Of a stretch of 32,000 nucleotides of DNA, positions 24,019 to 29,845 are shown one piece after another. The notes beneath the pieces are model-generated. The model was not told the DNA's origin. It saw only the letters and a program-made list of their open reading frames with translations, and made no database searches. The DNA is from Parvibaculum sedimenti (lineage in GTDB: Bacteria > Pseudomonadota > Alphaproteobacteria > Parvibaculales > Parvibaculaceae). The stretch covers positions 268,679 to 300,678 of the forward strand of contig NZ_WESC01000001.1 in NCBI RefSeq assembly GCF_009184905.1. The letters run 5' to 3'. The position numbers and the translations under genes are program-made. Every line of letters begins with the position of its first letter. Position 1 is the stretch's first letter.

Positions 24019-25095
24019 ATGCCCGATACCACGCCCCATCTCGATATGCCCTACATCCTGGCGAACCAATCGCAGAAGCATGTAACGCACAACGAGGCCC
24101 TGCGGCTGCTCGATGCGCTGGTCCAGCTTTCTGTTATCAGCGCATCGGCAATCGCCCCTCCCGGCAGCCCGAGCGATGGCGACCGCTACATCGTCGCCTC
24201 GGGTGCGACTGGCGACTGGGCGGGGTGGGACCTGAACGTGGCGCTGTGGACGGATGGGGCCTGGCTCCGCCTGCCACCCCGGACCGGCTGGCGGGCGTGG
24301 GTCGAGGACGAGGGCCTGCTGCTCGTCTACGATGGGGCGGACTGGATCGACTCTACCCCGGCGGCTCTACAGAACATGACGCTGCTGGGTCTCGGCACAA
24401 CCGCAGATGCGTCCAACCCGTTCTCGGCCAAGCTGAACGCTGCGCTCTGGACGGCGAAGACCGTCGCCGAGGGTGGCACCGGCGATCTGTTCTACACCAT
24501 GAACAAGGAGGCCGCCGCCGACGATCTCGGTCTGATCTTGCAGACCGGCTTCGTCACCAAGGCGCTGGTCGGGCTGTTCGGGTCCGACAGGTTCCGCCTC
24601 GCGGTCTCGGCAGACGGCAGCACCTTCTTCGACGGGCTCAGCGTCGACAACGCCACCGGCATCGTCGACCAGCCTCAACTGCCGCGGTTCAAGGCCTACA
24701 CTAACTACGACAACTACGTGGGCGTCGGCACCTGGACCAAGATCGGCCTGAACAACACCGACTACAACGACCAGGGGGTCTTCGACGCCGCGAACAACCA
24801 CTTCGTGGCGCCAGTCGACGGCACCTACCTCTTTGGCGCGACGCTGCTCTACAAGATCAACGCCAGCACCACGGCCCGCATGAGTGGACGGCTCGTCCTG
24901 AACGGTACCACCGAAATCCGCGGCTCCCTCGGCGAAATATCCGCCACCCACGTCTCGCTCGCCACCGCGATCTGGCTGCAGACCATGGTCCCACTCACCG
25001 CAGGCGATACCGTCGAGCTCCAGGGGTATTTCCGGGTCGCGGACGGCTACTTCGCGGCAGACCACACGTCCTTCTGGGGCTGCAAGGTCGGCTGA
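24019..25095 (+). CDS. DUF2793-type tail fibre protein with C1q/TNF-like C-terminal domain
   Basis: N-terminus TPHLDMPYILANQSQKHVTHNEALRLLDALVQL is the DUF2793 signature. The C-terminal 135 aa (FKAYTN...FVAPVDGTYLFGATLLY...LVLNGT...LTAGDTVELQ) follow the C1q-like jelly-roll pattern. ATG 24019 is preferred over the listed TTG 24013. Confidence 0.75.
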   Translation: MPDTTPHLDMPYILANQSQKHVTHNEALRLLDALVQLSVISASAIAPPGSPSDGDRYIVASGATGDWAGWDLNVALWTDGAWLRLPPRTGWRAWVEDEGLLLVYDGADWIDSTPAALQNMTLLGLGTTADASNPFSAKLNAALWTAKTVAEGGTGDLFYTMNKEAAADDLGLILQTGFVTKALVGLFGSDRFRLAVSADGSTFFDGLSVDNATGIVDQPQLPRFKAYTNYDNYVGVGTWTKIGLNNTDYNDQGVFDAANNHFVAPVDGTYLFGATLLYKINASTTARMSGRLVLNGTTEIRGSLGEISATHVSLATAIWLQTMVPLTAGDTVELQGYFRVADGYFAADHTSFWGCKVG

Positions 25096-25115
25096 GCGGC
25101 GGAAGGAGGATCCCG

Positions 25116-25403
25116 ATGAACCCACCCCGATCCGAGGGCTTCGTGCGCATGCCCGACGCCGAGTTCGAGGCGATCCTGACCCGGGCGGCCGAGGAAGGCG
25201 CTAAACGCGCGCTCGCCGATGTCGGCCTCGACGGCGACGAGGCCGCGCTCGACATCCGCGATCTGCGCTCGCTGGTGGATTGCATCCGTCTGGTGCGGCG
25301 CACGGCGATGCAGACCGCCGTCCGCATGATCACCACCGGCGTCATGCTGGCTCTGCTGGCCGGCATCGCGATCAAGCTGAAGATCTTCGGCGGCAGCCCG
25401 TAG
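25116..25403 (+). CDS. Small protein with a C-terminal TM helix (DUF6127-like; possible holin or lysis regulator)
   Basis: GGAGG lies upstream. 95 aa. The C-terminal hydrophobic segment is MITTGVMLALLAGIAIKLKIF. Confidence 0.5.
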   Translation: MNPPRSEGFVRMPDAEFEAILTRAAEEGAKRALADVGLDGDEAALDIRDLRSLVDCIRLVRRTAMQTAVRMITTGVMLALLAGIAIKLKIFGGSP

Positions 25404-25436
25404 CCGCTCCCCACTCCCATCATCAGCCCAACCGCA

Positions 25437-25464
25437 CCCGCCCTCTAGGCGGGTTTTTCGTTTT
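25437..25464 (+). terminator. Rho-independent terminator
   Basis: CCCGCC-ctcta-GGCGGG followed by TTTTTCGTTTT. It lies between the DUF6127-like gene and the endolysin gene. Confidence 0.7.
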
Positions 25465-25475
25465 CGGAGGACCCC

Positions 25476-26150
25476 ATGACGACGACCTTCCACCGCCATT
25501 GGCGCGACGTGCCTGAGAGCACCTGGCGCTGGCCCAATTTCTCGCCGGCCGAGATCGCCTGCCGGGGCGCTGGCAAGCTGCTCATCAACGAACCCGCGCT
25601 CGACAAGCTGCAGGCGCTGCGCGACCGGCTGGGCAAGCCGCTGATCGTCCGCTCCGCGTATCGCAGCCCCGAGCACAACCGTGCCGTTGGTGGCGCGCCG
25701 CGCTCGAAGCACATGGACGGTACGGCGTTTGATATCGCCATGGCGAACCATGACCCTGTGGCCTTCGAGGCGGCCGCCCGAGCCGTTGGCTTCCTCGGCT
25801 TCGGCTTCTACCCGCGCTCCGGCTTCATTCACATCGACCTCGGTCCGGCGCGGATCTGGGGCCAGCGGTTCCCCGTGCGTCCCACGGCCTTTGCCGAGGA
25901 GACCGCACCTGCACGCGAGACGCTGGCTGACAGCCGCACGATGAAGGGCGGCGGCGCGGCGGGTGTCGCCACGTTGGGCGCAGCCGGGGTCGAGGTCGCG
26001 CAGAGCGTGTTGGCCGAGACCCAGTCCGCCATCCTGCCGCTCGTCCCGTACCTCGATACGCTGCGCTGGGTGTTCATCGCCGTGGCGCTCGCGGGCGTCG
26101 CCGTCACGATTTACGCGCGGCTTGATGACTGGAAGCGGGGGCAGCGATGA
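25476..26150 (+). CDS. Peptidase M15A-type endolysin (D-Ala-D-Ala carboxypeptidase fold) with a C-terminal membrane anchor
   Basis: GGAGG lies upstream. FSPAEIACRG...LIVRSAYRSPEHNRAVGGAPRSKHMDGTAFDI...GFYPRSGFIHIDLG gives the H-x6-D...H zinc-ligand context. C-terminal TM segment WVFIAVALAGVAVTIYARL. Confidence 0.85.
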   Translation: MTTTFHRHWRDVPESTWRWPNFSPAEIACRGAGKLLINEPALDKLQALRDRLGKPLIVRSAYRSPEHNRAVGGAPRSKHMDGTAFDIAMANHDPVAFEAAARAVGFLGFGFYPRSGFIHIDLGPARIWGQRFPVRPTAFAEETAPARETLADSRTMKGGGAAGVATLGAAGVEVAQSVLAETQSAILPLVPYLDTLRWVFIAVALAGVAVTIYARLDDWKRGQR

Positions 26151-26404
26151 TCGCCGCTCTCCTCACCGGGATCGCCGCCAGCCCGTGGATGAGGGCGGCC
26201 CTGCGCTACGGCGCCATCGCACTCGCGGTGCTCCTGTTCCTGCTCGCGCTCCGGCGCTCCGGCGAGCGCGCGGGCCGCCTCGCCGAACGCCTCGAAACCT
26301 CGGAGAAGACCAATGACGTCCAACGCCAGATGCTGGATGCCGCGGCTCGCCGTCCTCGCGATCGCGATGAGCTTGCTGACCGCCTGCGCGACGGCAGGTT
26401 CTGA
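26147..26404 (+). CDS. i-spanin-like (or holin-like) membrane protein
   Basis: ATGA overlap with the endolysin gene. 85 aa with an N-terminal TM (YGAIALAVLLFLLAL) followed by a charged helical tail. The lipoprotein gene overlaps its 3' end. Confidence 0.5.
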   Translation: MIAALLTGIAASPWMRAALRYGAIALAVLLFLLALRRSGERAGRLAERLETSEKTNDVQRQMLDAAARRPRDRDELADRLRDGRF

Positions 26405-26624
26405 GCCACGCATCGCCACCGTCTGCCCACCCGTTGTCGAGTATAGCCGCGAGTTCCAAGCGCGCGCAGCCGAGGAACTCGGGGTGCTGCCGGACGGATC
26501 GGCCATCGCCGAGATGATGAGCGACTACGCCGTCATGCGGGACCAGGCACGAAGTTGCCGCAGCCGGCGCCCATCAGCACAGCGATGGGAAAATGCGCGA
26601 ACTACAAGCGCCTTATCATATTGA
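26313..26624 (+). CDS. o-spanin-like lipoprotein (overlapped architecture)
   Basis: GGAGAAG lies 5 nt upstream of ATG 26313. Signal peptide with lipobox LAVLAIAMSLLTAC. Mature part VCPPVVEYSREFQARAAEEL...DYAVMRDQARSC. Overlaps the preceding gene by 92 nt in another frame. Confidence 0.6.
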   Translation: MTSNARCWMPRLAVLAIAMSLLTACATAGSEPRIATVCPPVVEYSREFQARAAEELGVLPDGSAIAEMMSDYAVMRDQARSCRSRRPSAQRWENARTTSALSY

Positions 26625-26628
26625 TAAT
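26612..26628. promoter_or_regulatory. Second CTTATC-N5-GATAA palindrome
   Basis: CTTATCATATTGATAAT lies in the AT-rich stretch at the end of the lysis cassette, 55 nt upstream of ATG 26683. It has the same half-sites and spacing as 5021-5037. Confidence 0.3.
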
Positions 26629-26682
26629 AATGAAAAAAAGAGCGTTGTAGCACCCTGTCTACTGCACTGGAGGAGCCGGTCA

Positions 26683-26883
26683 ATGCCCCCAAAGTATCCC
26701 AACATCACGGTCCAGCTGACTGGGCATGACAGCAATGCCTTTATGATCCTCGGGTTGTGTCAACGGGCAGCGAAAGACGCCAATCTCCCGAAGGAAGAGA
26801 TCGACGCCTTCTACAAGGAGGCCACAAGCGGTGATCATGATCATCTGATCCAGACCGCCATGCGCTGGTTCAGCTGCGAGTAG
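26683..26883 (+). CDS. Small conserved protein of unknown function (66 aa)
   Basis: GGAGGAG lies 7 nt upstream of ATG 26683; the listed ORF starts at 26593. YPNITVQLTGHDSNAFMILGLCQRAAKDANLPKEEIDAFYKEATSGDHDHLIQTAMRWF matches a widespread small phage/actinobacterial protein pattern I recognise (..GxDGNAFxILG....EATSGDYDxLL) but cannot name. Confidence 0.55.
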   Translation: MPPKYPNITVQLTGHDSNAFMILGLCQRAAKDANLPKEEIDAFYKEATSGDHDHLIQTAMRWFSCE

Positions 26884-29845
26884 CGGCGGAACCAGCCTGC
26901 GCCGCCTTGTCGGCATAGGTCGCAGCGAAAATCGTCTCTGAAAGCCACTTCTTGAACGAGGGATTGTCGCTGAACTGCTTGAAGAGTTCGGTGTGGTCCG
27001 ACAGCAGTTCGATCACCGCGCGCTCCAACGCTTTATCATGCTCGATGCGGGCGTTCTGCTTGTCCGAATTCTGCATCGCGTTCTGGTAGGCCTTGTCGGC
27101 CGCGACCTTCGTGGGCAACTCCTCAGCGATTACCTTCCCGATCTTGTCGGCGTCCTTCCAGTCGATGTTGCCGAACATCTCATTGAACGTCTTGAGGATG
27201 TTGCTGAGCAGGTCCAGTTCCGGCTCAGGCTTGCGACCGCCTCCGCCCAACGGCACAGGTCCGATTTCCGCGTCGGCATCGGGAAGCGCGATCGCCATCG
27301 TCGCCTGCGCCTCGACCCGGTAGCTGTCCATGTCGATGGCCTCCAGAATGCCCTTCGACAGGTCCTGCTCCTCTGGTGCAGGCAATTTCGGCGTCAGGAA
27401 GTTCAGGAAAATCGAGAGCCTCTCCCACTCCGCATTCGTGTACGGCAGGATTGCCGCCAGGAACCCGTAGGTGCGCGTGAAAGCCTTCGCCTTGCCCTTG
27501 AAGTCGACCTGCCCATCTTCATCGAGATCGGCCTTGTAGACCGCAACGCAGGCATCAAGGATGGGGTCGAGTTTGTCCCGGTCGGCGCCACCGAGATACA
27601 ACCCCACGAGGTCCTCCACCTGCTCCCAGGAATAGACCTGGTAGCCGTCGAGCCGCGCTTTCAAGTCGTGCAGCTTGTTCGGGTCGGTCTCCTCGCTCAG
27701 GATCGTCGTGCGATAATAATCCTCGAACGACGCCTTGATGCCGTCTAAGTCGTTCATAAAATCCAGCACGAAGGTGTCGTGCTTCTGCGGATGCGCCCGG
27801 TTCAGGCGCGACAGCGTCTGCACGGCCTTGATGCCGGACAGCGTCTTGTCCACGTACATCGTGTGCAGCAGCGGCTCGTCGTAGCCGGTCTGGAACTTGT
27901 CGGCGACGATGAGGAACCGGTACGGGTCCTTCTGGATCAACTCTTCGATCTTGTTGCTGGGAAAGCCGTTGAGCGACGCCTCAGTCACCTTCTGACCGCC
28001 ATATTCGTGCTCGCCCGAGAAGGCGACGATGGCTTGGTACGGGCTTTTGCGCTCCTTCAGATACTCCTCGAAGGCGTGAAAATACTGGATGGCCCGGTGG
28101 ATCCCGCTGGTCACCACCATGGCGCGCGCTGCTCCGCCGATTTTGCGATGGGCCATCACCTGGTCGTGGAAATGGTCGACCATGATCTCCGCCTTCTTGC
28201 GGATGGCATGGTCATGGGATTCGACATAGCGCCGGAGCTTCTTTTGCGCCCGCTTGGCGTCAAACTGCGGGTCGTCCTCCACCGTCTTCATGAGCCGGTA
28301 GTAGCTTTCGACCGGCGTGTAGTGCTTGAGCACGTCGAGGATGAAGCCCTCTTCGATGGCCTGCTTCATCGAATAATTGTGGAAAGGGACGTGCCTGACC
28401 TTCCCACCCTCGGGGACCGCCGTGCCGAAAATCTCCAGCGTCTTGTTCTTGGGCGTGGCGGTGAAGGCGAAATAGCTCGCGTTCGGCAGAACCTTCCGCG
28501 CCTCCATCAAGCGGTTGATGGTGTCCTCGACGGTTTCGTCTTCCTCCTCGGCACCATTCGCGGCAAGGGCTATGTTCATCTTGGCTGACGTCCGGCCGCC
28601 TTGGCTGGAATGCGCCTCGTCGATAATGATGGCGAAGGTTCGCCCGCGATGGCTGTCCCCGATCTCGTCCAGGATGAACGGAAACTTCTGCACCGTGGTG
28701 ATGATGATCTTCTTGCCCTGCTGCAGGAACGTCCGCAGCTGCTGCGATCCTTCGGTGACCGCGCCGACGATGGAGGACACTTGCGCGAATTGCTTGATGG
28801 TGTCGCGGATCTGCTTGTCGAGATTGCGCCTGTCGGTGACAACGATGACGGTGTCGAAGGTCGGCTTGCCGCCTGTCTCCAGCCCGATCAGCTGGTGGCC
28901 GAGCCAGGCAATCGAGTTGCTCTTGCCTGAACCTGCCGAGTGCTGGATGAGGTACCGCCGCCCGGCGCCGGAAGACCCTGCGTCGGCGAGCAGCTTGCGC
29001 ACCACGTCAAGCTGGTGAAAGCGCGGGAAAATCTGCTTCGGCGGCTTCTTCTTTCCGCGCTCGTCCGTTTCCTCGACCACCTGCGCGTAGTTTTCCAGGA
29101 TGTCGGTGAGGTTGCGCTTGGTCAGAACCTGCTTCCAAAGGTAATCGGTCTTCAGGCCATGCGGATTCGGCGGGTTGCCTGCGCCGTCGTTCCAGCCCTT
29201 GTTGAACGGCAGGAACCAGGACGCTTTGCCTTTCAGGTGGCTGCACATCCGCACTTCGTGGTCGTCCACAGCGAAGTGGACAACGCAGCGGCCGAACTGG
29301 AACAGCAGCTCCTTGGGATCGCGGTCGCGCTTGTACTGTTCGATTGCGTCCTCGACCGTCTGCTTGGTCAGGCTGTTCTTCAACTCGAAGGTGGCGACGG
29401 GCAGACCGTTGATGAACAGCGCCGCGTCGAGCGACAGCTTGGTCGCATCCTTGGAATAGTGCAGTTGGCGGGTAACGCTGAAGATGTTGGCGGCGAACAG
29501 CTCCTCGGCCTTCGCGTTGCCGGGGGTCGGCGTGCCGAAGAACAGCTCGACCGATCCGGGGCCGTGCTTCACGCCGTTGCGCAGCACGTCGATGACACCG
29601 CGCTTGGCGATCTCGCCTTGCAGCCGGTGCAGGAACTGCAGCCGCTTCGGTCCGTCCTCGCCAATGCCGAGGGCTTCGACAGCCTCCGGCTGCGTCGCGT
29701 TCAGGAAGTCGAACAGCTTGGCCAGGTCAATCGCGTGGTCCCGGTCAAAGTCCTTCGACTCGCTAGCAACGTAACCTGCCTCGTCGATCAGCGAGCGGAC
29801 GATGAGGGCTTCGAGGCCTTTTTCGCTGGTGTCAGTCGTCGGCAT
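26870..29845 (-). CDS. hsdR: Type I restriction enzyme, R subunit
   Basis: 991 aa. N-terminal nuclease region (DAALFINGLPVATFELKNSL). Helicase motif I HSAGSGKSNSIAWL, motif II (DEAH) FAIIIDEAHSSQGG, and later SF2 motifs (FTATPK, QTGYDEP, QTLSRLNR). Confidence 0.92.
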   Translation of the reverse strand: MPTTDTSEKGLEALIVRSLIDEAGYVASESKDFDRDHAIDLAKLFDFLNATQPEAVEALGIGEDGPKRLQFLHRLQGEIAKRGVIDVLRNGVKHGPGSVELFFGTPTPGNAKAEELFAANIFSVTRQLHYSKDATKLSLDAALFINGLPVATFELKNSLTKQTVEDAIEQYKRDRDPKELLFQFGRCVVHFAVDDHEVRMCSHLKGKASWFLPFNKGWNDGAGNPPNPHGLKTDYLWKQVLTKRNLTDILENYAQVVEETDERGKKKPPKQIFPRFHQLDVVRKLLADAGSSGAGRRYLIQHSAGSGKSNSIAWLGHQLIGLETGGKPTFDTVIVVTDRRNLDKQIRDTIKQFAQVSSIVGAVTEGSQQLRTFLQQGKKIIITTVQKFPFILDEIGDSHRGRTFAIIIDEAHSSQGGRTSAKMNIALAANGAEEEDETVEDTINRLMEARKVLPNASYFAFTATPKNKTLEIFGTAVPEGGKVRHVPFHNYSMKQAIEEGFILDVLKHYTPVESYYRLMKTVEDDPQFDAKRAQKKLRRYVESHDHAIRKKAEIMVDHFHDQVMAHRKIGGAARAMVVTSGIHRAIQYFHAFEEYLKERKSPYQAIVAFSGEHEYGGQKVTEASLNGFPSNKIEELIQKDPYRFLIVADKFQTGYDEPLLHTMYVDKTLSGIKAVQTLSRLNRAHPQKHDTFVLDFMNDLDGIKASFEDYYRTTILSEETDPNKLHDLKARLDGYQVYSWEQVEDLVGLYLGGADRDKLDPILDACVAVYKADLDEDGQVDFKGKAKAFTRTYGFLAAILPYTNAEWERLSIFLNFLTPKLPAPEEQDLSKGILEAIDMDSYRVEAQATMAIALPDADAEIGPVPLGGGGRKPEPELDLLSNILKTFNEMFGNIDWKDADKIGKVIAEELPTKVAADKAYQNAMQNSDKQNARIEHDKALERAVIELLSDHTELFKQFSDNPSFKKWLSETIFAATYADKAAQAGSAATRS

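Larger units (their letters stand above)
1..26624 (+). mobile_element. Prophage / temperate siphovirus genome segment (left end outside window; right boundary approximate)
   Basis: Uninterrupted, mostly translationally coupled phage modules run resolvase, methylases, terminase, portal, capsid, tail, tape measure, tail tip, lysis. Composition and gene orientation change after about 26.6 kb. Confidence 0.8.

Noticed and set aside
15402-25095. Calling the region a bona fide gene transfer agent (GTA) cluster
   Set aside because: Only the tail-tip block is GTA-like. The lambda-type cos terminase, large tape measure, methylases, resolvase, moron and lysis cassette point to a true (pro)phage.
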